This document shows positions 1-12,240 of a stretch of DNA of 64,000 bases, piece after piece; positions within the stretch are counted from its first letter, which is position 1, and each line of letters begins with the position of its first letter. This DNA comes from the human T2T-CHM13v2.0 reference genome, Homo sapiens. The stretch is taken from NCBI RefSeq assembly GCF_009914755.1, contig NC_060939.1. The stretch is one strand, 5' to 3'. A program made the translations under genes and the position numbers. The notes below the pieces were generated by a model. The model saw only the letters and a list, made by a program, of their open reading frames with translations. It searched no databases and was not told where the DNA came from.

Positions 1-742
1 TCATTCCCTTCCTTTCCATTCCATTCCACTGCACTCCAATCCACTCCATTCATCTCCTCTCCATTCCACTCCATTCCCTTCCATTCCATTCTATTTCATT
101 CCATTCAATTCCATTCCTTTCCATTCCACTCCATTCCACTCCACTCAATTCCTTTCCACTGCATTCTTCTACATTCCTCTCCACTCCATTCTCCTCCATT
201 CCATTCCACTCCACTCCTCTCCACTCCATTCCATTCCATTCCTTTCCACTGCACTCTGGTCCACCCCACTCAAATCCACTCCCCTCCACTCCGCTCCATT
301 CTGTTCCTTTTCATTCTGTATCGTTCCGTTCCATTCCACTTCATTCCGTTACACTCCACTCCATTCCATTCCACTCCATTTCACTCCATTCCACTCCATT
401 CCTCTACACTCCACTCCTCTCCACTCCACTCCATTCCTTTCCACTGATTTGCGTTCCATTCCATTCCACTCCATTCTATTCCATTCCATTCCACTCCATT
501 CCATTCCATTCCATTCCACTCCATTCCACTCCATTCCACTCCACTCCATTCCATTAGACTCCATTCCTCTTCATTCCATTCCATTCCATTCCATTCATCT
601 CTATTCCATTGCTTTCCATTCCACTCAGTTCCACTTTACTCCATTCCACTACCCTCCATTCCACTCCACTCCACTCCGTTCCACTCCATTCCATTCCACT
701 CCACTTCATTCCTTTCCACTTTACTCCATTCCTTTCTATTCC

Positions 743-806
743 TTTATTTTGATTGTGTGTCACTCTGTCACCGAGACTGTAGTGCAGTGGCACAATCTTA
801 GCTCAC
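743..806 (-). mobile_element. Alu 3'-end fragment embedded in HSat3 (copy 1)
   Basis: tttattttgattgtgtgtcactctgtcaccgagactgtagtgcagtggcacaatcttagctcac matches the antisense Alu right-arm end (tctcgctctgtcgcccaggctggagtgcagtggcgcgatctcggctcac) with CpG decay. Confidence 0.85.
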
Positions 807-1139
807 ATTACATTTCACCATTCCATTGCATTCCATTTCATTCCTTTCCAGTCCACTCCACTCCCCTCCATTCCACTCCATTCCACTCCACTCCATTCCA
901 TGCCATTTCATTCCATTCCATTCGACTCCACTCCAATCCACTCCAGTCAACTTCACTCCTTTCCACTCCACTTCATTCCGTTCCCTTCCATTCCATTCTG
1001 TTCCATTCCATTCCATTCTGTTCCTTTCCATTCCATTCCACTCTACTCCATTCCATTCCCCTCCGTTCCACTGCAGTGCACTGCCCTCCACTCCACTCCA
1101 CTCCATTCCCTTCCATTCTACTGCATTCCATCCGATTAC

Positions 1140-1203
1140 TTTATTTCAATTGGATCTCACTCTGTCACCCAGACTGGAGTGCAGTGGCACAATCTTAGCT
1201 CAC
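1140..1203 (-). mobile_element. Alu 3'-end fragment embedded in HSat3 (copy 2)
   Basis: tctcactctgtcacccagactggagtgcagtggcacaatcttagctcac. Same truncation point and following sequence as copy 1. Confidence 0.88.
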
Positions 1204-2537
1204 AATGCATTTCACCATTCCATTCCCTTCCATTCAACTCCATTCCATTCCATTCCACTCCACTGCACTCCTCTCTACTTCACTCTCCTGCATTCCCTTC
1301 CATCCTGCTCCACTCCACTCCATTCCATTCCATTCCATTCCATTCCATTTCTCTCCATTCCACTGCACTCAGATCGACTCGACTCAACTGCACTGCATTC
1401 CAGTCCATTCCTTTCCATTCCTTTCCATTCCATTGCCTTCCTTTGTGTTCCATTCCATTCCTTTCCATCCCAAACCATTCCAATCCACTCCTTTCCATTA
1501 AATTCCTCTCCACTCCACTAAACTCCACTCCATTCCATTCCATTCCAATACACTCCTATCCACCCCTCTCAACTCCACACCACTCAACTCTACTCCACTC
1601 CATTCCACTCCATTCCATTCCGCTGCACTCCAATTCACTCCACTGCACTCCACTTTCTTCCATTCCATTCCAATCCATTCCATTACACTCCACTCCTTTC
1701 CATTCCACTCCACTCCATCCCATTCCTTTCCATTCCTTTCCATTCCATTGCATTCCATTCCACTCCACTCCACTCCATTCCATTCCATTGCATTCCATTC
1801 CATTCCATTCTATTCCATTCCACTGCACTCCGATCCACTCCAGTCAACTCCACTCCACTGTACTCCATTCTGTTCCGTTCTCTTGCATTCCATTCCTTTC
1901 AATTCCATTCCATTTCATTCTATTCCATTCCATTCCACTCCAATCCATGCCATTCCACTCCATGTCACTCCACTCCACTCCAATCCACTCCACTCCACTC
2001 CCTTACATTCCTTTCCATTCCATTGCACTTCATTCCTATCTGCTCCACTCAACTCCACTGCACTCCATTACACTTCATTCCACTGTGTTCCATTCCGTTT
2101 CATTCGTTTCCTCTCCGTTCCATTCCACTCTATTCCATTCCACTCCACTCGATTCCACTCCACTCCATTTCACTCCATTTCACTCCATTCCACTCCACTC
2201 CACTCCATTCCATTCCATTCCATTTCACTCCATTCCATTCCATTCCATTCCATACCATTCCACTCCATTCAACTCCACTCCACTCCAATCCCCTCCACTC
2301 CACTCCAATCCTCTCCACTCTACTCCACTCCATTCCATTCCACTCCACTCCACTCCACTCCATTCCATTACATTCCTTTGAAATCCACTCCATTCCATTC
2401 CACTCCACTCCACTCCACTCCTATCCACACCTCTTCACTCCACTCGTCTCCATTCCATTCCATTCCATTCCACTCCCGTCCATTCCATTCCCTTCCATTC
2501 CATTCCATTCCATTCCATTCCATTCCACTGCACTCCA

Positions 2538-3304
2538 ATCTCCACATAAAAAGTAGACAGAAGCTTTCTGAGAAACTTTTTTGTGACGTGTGCCTTCATC
2601 TCACAGACGTGAAACATTCTTTTGATTGAGCAATTTGGTAAGAGTCTTTTTGTAGAATCTGCAAAAGGATATTTGTGAACACTTTGAAGCCTATGATGAA
2701 AAAGGAAATATCTTCAGAGAAAAACTAGAAAGAAGGTTTCTGAGAAACTGCTTTGTGATGTGTGAATTCGTCTCACAGAGTTGAACCTTTCTTTTGATTG
2801 AACACATTGGAAACCGTCATTTTGTAGAATCTGCAAAGGGATATTTGTGAACACTTGGAGGCCAATGGTGAAAAAGGAAATATATTCACGTGAAAACTAG
2901 ACAGAAGCTTTCTGAGACACTTCTGTGTTAGGTGTGCACTCATCTCCAACAGTTGAACGATTCTTTTGATTGAGCAGTTTGGAAACAGTCTTTTTGTAGA
3001 ATCAGCAATGGGATATTTGTGATTGCTTTGAGACCTATGGGGAAAAAGGAAATATCTTCACATAAAAACTAGACAGGTTTCTGAAAAACTGCTTTGTAAT
3101 GTGTGCATTCATCTCACACTGGTAAACGTTTCTTTTCAATGAGCAGATGGGAAACTCTTTTCTTGTAGAATCTGCAAAGGGATATTTGTGAGTGCTTTGA
3201 AGCCTATGGTGAAAAAGGAAATATCTTCATATAAAATGTAGACAGAAGCTTTCTGAGAAATTTATTTGTGATGTGTGCATTCTTCTCATAAAGTTGAACC
3301 ATTC
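2538..3304 (+). repeat. Monomeric alpha satellite (~4.5 divergent monomers)
   Basis: ~171-bp periodicity with gaagctttctgagaaact...ttgattgagcagtttggaaac...gtagaatctgc...aaatatcttcacataaaaactagacag motifs. Confidence 0.96.
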
Positions 3305-4484
3305 TTCTTTATTTTTTTTTTGGAGCTCTGGGTTTAATTATTTATTTATTTACTTTTATTATTATTATACTTTAATTTTTAGGGAACATGTGTACAACCT
3401 GCAAGTTTGTTACACATGTATACACGTGCCATGTTTGTGTGCTGCACCCATGAACTCATCATTTAGCATTAGGTATATCTCCTAAGGCTATCCCTCCCCC
3501 TCCCCCCACCCGACTACAGTCCCTGGTGTGTGGTGTGTCATGTTTCCCTTCCTGTGTCCATGTGTTCTCTTTGATCAACTCCCAACTATGAGTGAGAACA
3601 AGTGGTGTTTGATTTTTTGTCCTTGTGATAGTTCGCTGAGAATGATGGTTTCCAGCTTCATCCATGTCCCTACAAAGGACATGAACTCATCATTTTTTTA
3701 TGGCCGCATAGTGTTCCATGATGTATATGTGCCACATTTTCTTCATCCAGTCCATCATTGTTGGACATTTACTTTGGTTCCAAGTCTTTGCTATTGTGAA
3801 TAGTGCTGCTATAAACATACGTGTGCATGTGTCTTTATAGCAGCATGATTTATAATCCTTTGGGTATATACGCAGTAATGGGATGGCTGGGTCAAGTGGT
3901 ATTTCTAGTTCTAGATTCCTGAGGAATCGCCATACCGACTTCCACAATGGTTGAACTAGTTTATAGTCCTACCAACAGTGCAAAAGTGTTCCTATTTCTC
4001 ACATCCTCTCCAGTACCTGTTGTTTCCTAACTTTTTAATGATTGCCATTCTAACTGGTGTGAGATGATATCTCATTGTGGTTTTGACTTGCATTTCTCTG
4101 ATGGCCAGTGAAGGTGAGCATTTTTTCATTTGTTTATTGGCTGCATAAATGTCTTCTTTTGAGAAATGTCTGTTCATATCCTTCGCCCACTTTTTGATGG
4201 GGTTGTTTGTTTTTTTCCTGTAAATTTGTCTGAGTTCATTGTAGATTCTGGATATTAGCCCTTTGTCAGATGAGTAGGTTGCAAAAATTTTCTCCCATTC
4301 TGTAGGATGCCTGTTCACTCTGATGGTGGTTTCTTTTGATGCACAGAAGCTCCTTAGTTTAATGAGATCCCATTTGTCAATTTTGTCTTTTGTTGCCATT
4401 GCTTTAGGTGTTTTAGACATGAAGTCCTTGCCCATGCGTATGTCCTGAATGGTATTGCCTAGGTTTTCTTTTAGAGATTTCATG
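3305..4484 (-). mobile_element. 5'-truncated L1 (L1PA3/L1PA4-like), ~1.15 kb, ORF2 C-terminus plus 3'UTR
   Basis: Poly-T tail, antisense 3'UTR (ttagcattaggtatatctcc; gtttccagcttcatccatgtccctacaaagg) and ORF2 C-terminal peptides ([23 protein letters not shown]; [13 protein letters not shown]). The ggtgtgtg and tccagcttc variants suggest it is older than the other copies. Confidence 0.95.
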
Positions 4485-7400
4485 TGAAGCATTGTGTTGA
4501 TTAATCAATTTGGATACTCTGTTGTTGTAGAATCTGCAAGGAAATATTTGTGAGTGGTTTGAGGTCTATGTTGAAAAAGAAAATATCTTCACCTAAAAAC
4601 TAGACAGAAGCATTCTGAGAAACTTCTTTGTGATGTATGCATTCATCTCACAGAGTTGAACCTTTCTTCTGATTGAGCAGTTTCAAAACAGTCCTTTTGT
4701 AGAAACTGCAAAGGGATATTTGTGAGCTCATTGAGGCCTATGGTGAAATAGGAAATATCTTCATATAAAACTAGTCAGAAGATTTCTGAAAACTTATTTG
4801 TGATGTGTGCTTTCATATCACAGAGTTGAACCTTTCTTTTGATTGAGCAGTTTGGAAACACACTTTTTGTAGAATCTGCAAATGGATATTTGGAGCACTT
4901 TGAGGACTATGGTGAAAAAGGAAATATCTTCACATAAAAACTAGAAAGCAACATTTTATGAAACTTATTTGTGATGCATGCTTTCATCTCACATAGTTGA
5001 ACCTTTCTATTCATTGAACAGTTTGGAAACCATCTTTTGTAGAATCTGCAAATGGATATTTGGAGCGGTTTGAGGCCTTTGTGAGAAAGGAAATATCTTC
5101 ACATAAAAACTAGACAGAAGCATTCTGAGAAACTTCTTGGTGACGTGTGCATTTATCACACAGAGTTGAACCCTTCTGTTGATTGAACAGTTTGGTAACA
5201 GTCTTTTTGTAGTATCTGTAGAGGGATGTTTGCAAGCAGTTTGAGGCCTATGGTGAGCAAGGAAATATCTTCACATAAAAACTAGAGAGAAGCTTTCTGA
5301 GAAACTTCTTTGTGATGTGTGAATTCATCTCACAGTGTTGAACCTTTCTTTGGTTGAGCAGTTTGGAAACAATCCTTTTGTAGAATCTGCAAAGGTATAT
5401 TTCTGAACCCATTGAGGCCTATGGTGAAATACAAATATCTTCCCATAAAAACTAGACAGAAGGTTTATAAGAAACTTCTTTGTGATGTGTGCTTCCATCT
5501 CACAGAGTTGAACCTTTCTTTTGATTGAGCACTTTGGAAACACTCTTTTTGTAGAATCTGCAAATGTACATTTGGAGCGCTTTGAGGCCTATGGTAAAAA
5601 AGGAAATATCATCACATAAAAATTCGATGGAAGCATTCTGAGAAACTTCTTTGTGAGGTTTGCATTCATCTCACACAGTTGAACATTTCTTTGATTGAAG
5701 ATTTGGAAACAGTCTTTTTGTAAAATCTACAAAGGGATAATTGTGAACCATTTGAGGCCTATGGTGAACTAGGAAATATCTTCACATAAAAAGTACACAG
5801 AAATTTTCTGAGAAACTTTTTTGTGATGCGTGCATTCATCTCACAGAGTTGAACCTTTCCTTTGCTAGAGCAGTTTGGAAACACTCCTATTGTAGAATCC
5901 CCAAAGGGATAATTCTGAGCCGATTGAGGCCTTTGGTGATATAGGAAATATCTTCACATAAAAGCTAGACAGAAGCTTTCTGAGAAACTTATTTTTTATG
6001 AGTCCTTTCATCTCAAAGAGTTAAGTGTTTCTTTTGAATGAGCAGTTTGGAAACACTCTTTTTGCATAATCTGCAAATGGATAATTGGAATGTTTTGAGG
6101 CCTATGGTGAAAAAGGAAATATCTTCACATAAAAACTAAACAGAAGTTTTCTGGGAAACTACTTTGTAATGTGTGCATTTATCTCACAGCGTTGAAAACT
6201 TCTTTTGATTGAGCAGTTTGTAAACAGTCTTTTTGTAGAATCTGCAAATGGATATTTGGAGTGCTTTGAGTTCTATAGTGAAAAAGGAAATATCTTCAAA
6301 AAAACTAGAAAGAAACATTCTGAGAAACTTCTTTGTGATATGTGCTTTCATCTCACAGAGTTGAACCTTTCTTTTCATTGAGCAGCTTGGAAACAGACTT
6401 TTTATAGAATCTGGAAATGCATATTTGGAGAGCTTAGAGGTCTATGGTGAAAAAGGAAATATCTTCAGATAAACACTAAACAGAAGCTTTCTGAGAAACT
6501 TCTTTGTGATGCCTGCATTCATATCACAGAGCTGAAACTTTCTTTTGATTTAGCAGTTTGGAAACAGTCTTTTTGTAGAATCTGCAAAAAATATTTTTGA
6601 GCCCTTTATGGCCCATGGTGAAGCAGGAAATATCCTCACAGAAAAACTAGACAGAAGCTGTCTGAGAAACTTCTTTGTGATGTGTGCTTCCAACACACGC
6701 AGTTGTACCTTTCTTTTGATTGAGCAGTTTGGAAACAGTCTTTTTCCAGAATCAGCAAATGGATGTTTGGAGCGCTTTGAGGCCTATGGTGAAAAAGGAA
6801 ATACATTCACGTAAAAAATAGACAGAAGGATTATGAGAAACATCTATGTGATGTGTGCATTCATCTCATAGAGTTGAACTTTTCTTTGAGCAGTTTGGAA
6901 AGAGTCCTTTTGTAGAATCTGCAAAGGGATATTTCTGAGCCCATTGAAGCCTAGGGTGAAAAAGAAATGTCTTCACATAAAAAGTAGATAGAAGCATTCT
7001 GATAAACTTTTTTGTGGTGTGTCCATTCATCTCACAGTGTTGAAATTTTCTTTGGATTGAGCAGTTTGGAAACAGTCTTTTTGTAGAATTTGCAAAAAAA
7101 ATTTGTGAGCCCTATATGGCCCATGGTGAAATAGGAAATATCTTCACATAAAAAAATAGACAGAAGCTTTCTGAGAGACTTCTTTGTGATGTTTGCTTCC
7201 GTGACACAGGTTTGAACCTTTCTTTTGATTGAGCAGTTTGGAAACACTCTTTTTGTAGAATCTACAAATGGGTATTTGGAACACTTTGAGGCCTATGGTG
7301 AAAAAAGAAATATCTTCACATAAAAACTAGACAGATGCATTCTGCAAAACTTCTTTGTGATGCGTGCATTCATCTCACAGAGTTGAATCTTTCTTTGGAT

Positions 7401-10400
7401 TCAGCAGTTTTCTAAACAGTCCTTTTGTGGAATCTGCAAAGGGATATTTCTGAGCCCACTGAGTCCTATGGTGAAAAAGGAAATATCTTCACATAAAAAC
7501 CAGGCAGAAGCATTCTGAGAAACCTCTTTCTGATGTGTGCATTCATCTCAGAGAGTTGAACCTTTCTTTTGCTTGAACAGTTTGGAAACAGTCATTTTTT
7601 TGAATATGCAAACGGATATTTGTGAGCCCTTTATAGCCTATGGTGAAATAGGAAATATCTTCACACAAAAACCAGACAGAAGCATTCTGAGAAACATCTT
7701 TGTGATGTGTGTATTCATCTCACAGAGTTGAACATTTCTTTGGATGCAGCAGTTTGGAAACAGTCTTTTTGTAGTATCTGCAGAGGGATATTCATGAGCA
7801 GTTTAAGGCCTATGGTTAAAAAGGATATATCTTCACAGATAACCTCGACAGATCCATTGTGAGAAACTTCTTTGAGATGTGTGCATTCATCTCACAGAGT
7901 TGAACCTTTCTTTGGATTGAGCAGTTTTCTAAACAGACCTTTTGTAGAATCTACAAAGTGATACTTCTGAGCCCATTGAGGCCTATGGTGAAAAAGGAAA
8001 TATCTTCACATGAAACCTTAACAGAAGTATTCTGAGAAACTTCTTTGTGATGTGTGCATTCATCTCACAATGTTGAAACTTTCTTTTGATTGAGCAGTTT
8101 GGAAACAGTCTTTTTGTACAATCTGCAAAGGGATATTTCCAAGCCATTTGAGGCCTACCATGAAAGAGAAATATCTTCATATAAAAACTAGCAAAAGCAT
8201 TCTGAGAAACTTCTTTGTAATGTGTGCATTCATCACACAGAGTTGAAACATTCTTTTGATTGAGCAGTTTGGGGACAGTCTTTTTGTATAATATGCAAAA
8301 GGATATTTGTGAGCCCTTTCAGGCCTAGGGTGAAATAGGGAATATCTTCACAAAAAAACTAGACAGAAGCTTTCTGAGAAACTTCTTTGTGATGTGTGAT
8401 TTCATCTCACAGAGTTGAACCTTTCTTTTGATTGAGCAGTTTGCAAACATTCTTTTTGTAGAATCTGAAGATGGATATTTGCAGCGTTTCAGGCCTATGG
8501 TGAACAGGAAATTTCTTCACATAAAAACTAGACAGAAGCATTCTGAGAAACTTCTTTGTGATGTGTGCATTCATGTCACAGAGTTGAAACTTCCCATGGA
8601 TTGAGCAGTTTGGAAAGAGTTCTTTTGTAGAATCTGCAAAGGGATGTTTGTGAGCCCATTGGGGCCTATGGTGAAATAGGAAATGTCTTCACATAAAAAC
8701 TAGACAGAAGCTTTCTGTAAAACTTCTTTGTGTTGTGTGCTTTCACCACACAGAGTTGAACCTCTCTTTTGATTGAGCAGTTTGGAAACACTCTTTTTGT
8801 AGAACTTGCAAATGGATATTTGGAGTGCTTTGAGGCCTATAGTGAAAAAGAAAATATCTGCATTTAAAAAGTAGACAGAAACTTTCTGAGAAACTTTTTT
8901 GTGATGTGTGCTTTCATCTCACAGATTTGGACCTTGCTTTTCATAGAGCAGTTTGGCAACAAGTCGTTTTGTAGAATCTGCAAAGGGATATTTGTGAGTG
9001 GTTTGAGGCCTATGGTGAAAAAGTAAATATCTTCACCTAAAACCTAGACAGAAGCATTTTGAGAAAACTCTTTGTGATGTTTGCATTCATCTCACTGAGT
9101 TGAACCTTTCTGTTCATTGAGCAGTGTGGAAACATACTTTTTTTGCAATCTGCAAAGGAATATTTTTTGGGGTATGAGACCTATGGTGAAAAGGTAATAT
9201 CTTCACATGAAAACTAGACAGAAGCATTCTGAGAAACTAACTTTTTATGTGTGCATTGATCTCACAGAGTTGAACCTTTCTTTTGATGAAGCAGTTAGGA
9301 AACAGTTTTTTGTAGAATCTGAATAGGGATATTTGCCATCCCTTTGAGGCCTAAGGTGAAATAGGAAATATCTTCACATAAAAACTAGACAGAAACTTTC
9401 TGAGAAACGTCTTTGTGAAGTGGGCTTTCATCTCACAGATTTGAACCTTTATTTTGATTGAGCAGTTTGGAAAGAGTCTTTTGTAGTATCTGCAGAGGGC
9501 TATTAGTGAGCGGACTGAGGCTTATAGTGAAAAAAAAGTGGCTTCTCAAAAAAACAATACAGAAGCATTCTGAGAGACTTCTTTGTAATATGCACATTTA
9601 TCTTACAGTGTTAAACCTTTCTTTTGATTGAGCTTTTTGGAAACACTCTTTTTGTAGCATCTGCAAGAGTATACTTCTGAGCCCATTGAGACCTATTTTG
9701 AAATATGAAATATCTTCACATAAAAACTAGATAGAAGGTTTCTAAGAAACACCTTTATGAAGTGTGCTTTCATCTCACAGAGTTGAACCTTTCTTTTCAT
9801 TGAGCAGTTTGAAAACACTCTTTGTGTAGAATCTGCAAGTGGATATTTGGAGTGCTTTGAGGCCCATGGTGAAAAAGGAAATATCTTCACATAATAACCA
9901 GACAGAAGCATTCTGAGAAACTTCTTTGTGATGTGTGCATTCATCTCACAATCTTGAACGTTTCTTTTGATTGAGCAGCTTGGAAACAGAACTTTTGTAG
10001 AATCTGCAAAGTGATATTTGTGATCCCATTGATTCCTATGGCAAAATAGGAATTATCTTGAGATAAAAGCTAGACAGAAGATTTCTGAGAAACTTCTTTG
10101 TGATGTGTGCATTCATCTCACCGTGTTGAAACTTTATTTTGTTTGAGCAGTTTAGAAACAGTCTTTTTCTGCATTCTGCAAAGGTATATTTCTGAGCCAT
10201 TTGAGGTCTATGGTGAAAAAGAAATATCTTCACATTTAAACTAGACAGAAGCATTCTGAGTAACTTCTTTGTGATGTCTCCATTCATCTGACAGAGTTGA
10301 AGGTTTCTTTTAATTCAGCACTTTGGAAACCATATTTTTGTAGAACCTGCAAAGGGATATTTTTGAGACATTTGAAGCCTATAGTGAAATAGTAAATATC

Positions 10401-11791
10401 TTCACATAAAAACTAGACAGGAGAATTCTGAGAAACTTCATTCTGATGTGTGCATTCACCTCACAGAATTTAAGCTTTCTTTTGATTGAGCAGTATGGAA
10501 ATGGTCATCTTTTAGAATCTGGAAAGGGATATTTCTTAGCCCTTTGAGGCCTATGGTGAAACTGGAAATATCTTCACATGGAAACTAGACCGAAGTTTTC
10601 TGAGAAAGTTCTTTGAGATGTGTGTTTTCATCTCACAGAGTTAAAACTTTCTTTTGATTGAGCAGTTTGGAAACACTCTTTTTGTGATATCTGTGAATGG
10701 ATATTAGGAGTGTTTTGAGGGCAATGGTGACAAAGGAAATATCCTCACATAAAAACTAAACAGAAGTTTTCTGAGAAATTAATTTTTGATGTGTCCATTA
10801 ATCTAACAGAGTTGAAACTTTCTTTTTATTTAGCAGTTTGGATGCAGTATTTTTGTAGAATCTGTAAAAAATATTTGTGAGCCCTTTATTGCCTATGGTG
10901 AAATAGGAATTTTCTTCACATGTAAACTAGACAGAAGCATTCTGAGAAACTTCTTTGTGATGTATGCATTCATCTCACATAGTTGAAACTTTCTTTGGAT
11001 TGAGCAGTTTGGAAACAGTCCTTTTGTAGAATCTGCAAAGGGATATTTCTGAGCACGTTGAGCACTATGGTGCAATGTGAAATATCTTCACACAAAAACT
11101 AGACAGAAGCTTTCTAAGAAACTTTTTGTGATGTGTGCTTTCGTCTCACAGAATTGAAACTTTCTTTTGATTGAGGAGTTTGGAAACACTCTTTTTCTAG
11201 AATCTGCAAATGGATATTTTGAGCGCTATTGAGGGCCATGGTGAAAAACAAAATTTCTTCACATAAAAAGTAAACAGAAGCTTTCTGAGAAACTTCCTTG
11301 TGATGTGTGCATTCATCTCACAGAGTTGAACGTATCTTATGATTGAGCAGGTTGGAAAGAGGCTTATTGTACAATCTGCAAAGGGATAATTCTGATCCAT
11401 TTGAGGCCTATGGTGAAAGAGAAATATCTTCACATAAAAACTAGACAGAATCATTCCAAGAAATTTCTTTGCGATGTGTCCATTCATCTCACAGAGTTGA
11501 AAGTTTCTTTTGATTGAGCAGTTTGGAAACAGTCTTTTTGTAGAAACTTCAAAGGGAAATTTGGGAGCCCTTTATGGCCTCAGGTAAAATAGGAATTATC
11601 TTCACATACAAACTAGAGAGAAGCTGTCTGAATAACTTTTTTGTGATGTGTGTTTTCATCTCAGAGAGGTAAAAATTTGTTTTGATTGATCAGTTTGGAA
11701 ACAGTCTTTTTGTAGAATCTGCAAATGGATGTTTGGATTGCTTTGAGGCCTATGTTGAGAAAGGTAATATGTTCACTAAAAACAAGACAGA
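4485..11791 (+). repeat. Monomeric alpha satellite
   Basis: Head-to-tail divergent ~171-172-bp monomers with no homogeneous higher-order repeat. Confidence 0.97.
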
Positions 11792-12240
11792 AGACTGGAT
11801 TAAGAAAATGTGGCACATATATACCATGGAATACTATGCAGCCATAAAAAATGATGAGTTCATGCCCTTTGTAGGGACATGGATGAAATTGGAAATCATC
11901 ATTCTCAGTAAACTATCGCAAGAACCAAAAACCAAACACAGCATATTCTCTCTCATAAGTGGGAATTGAACAATGAGAGCAACACATGGACACAGGAAGG
12001 AGAACATCACACTCTGGGGACAGTTATGGGGTGGGGGGAGGGGGGAGGGATAGCATTGGGAGATATACCTAATGCTACATGACGAGTTAGTGGGTGCAGC
12101 ACACCAGCATGGCACATGTATACATATGTAACTAACCTTCACATTGTGCACATGTACCATAAACTTACAGTATAATAATAATAAATAAAAAAAACTTACT
12201 TTAAAAAAAATAAAATAAAGTGTTGAAAATAAAAAAAAAA
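11792..12240 (+). mobile_element. 5'-truncated L1 (L1PA2-like), ~450 bp
   Basis: Begins agactggattaagaaaatgtggcac (DWIKKMWHIYTMEYY...). The 3'UTR reads gcattgggagatatacctaatgctacatgacgagttagtggg (GAG, not the Ta-diagnostic ACA), followed by an A-rich tail. Alpha resumes in register (gacagaag|atttctgag). Confidence 0.95.

Larger units (their letters stand above)
1..2537 (+). repeat. Divergent HSat3-type (CATTC/CACTC)n pentamer satellite, truncated by window start
   Basis: Continuous CATTC/CACTC/CTTTC pentamers (GGAAT on the minus strand). It lacks the regular CATTCGATTC pattern of HSat2. The HSIPF/MEWNG ORFs are pentamer translations. Confidence 0.93.

Noticed and set aside
50-2629. Long ORFs (up to 493 aa) of HSIPF/MEWNG repeats
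   Set aside because: CATTC pentamers lack stop codons in any frame. Overlapping ORFs on both strands are the expected artefact.
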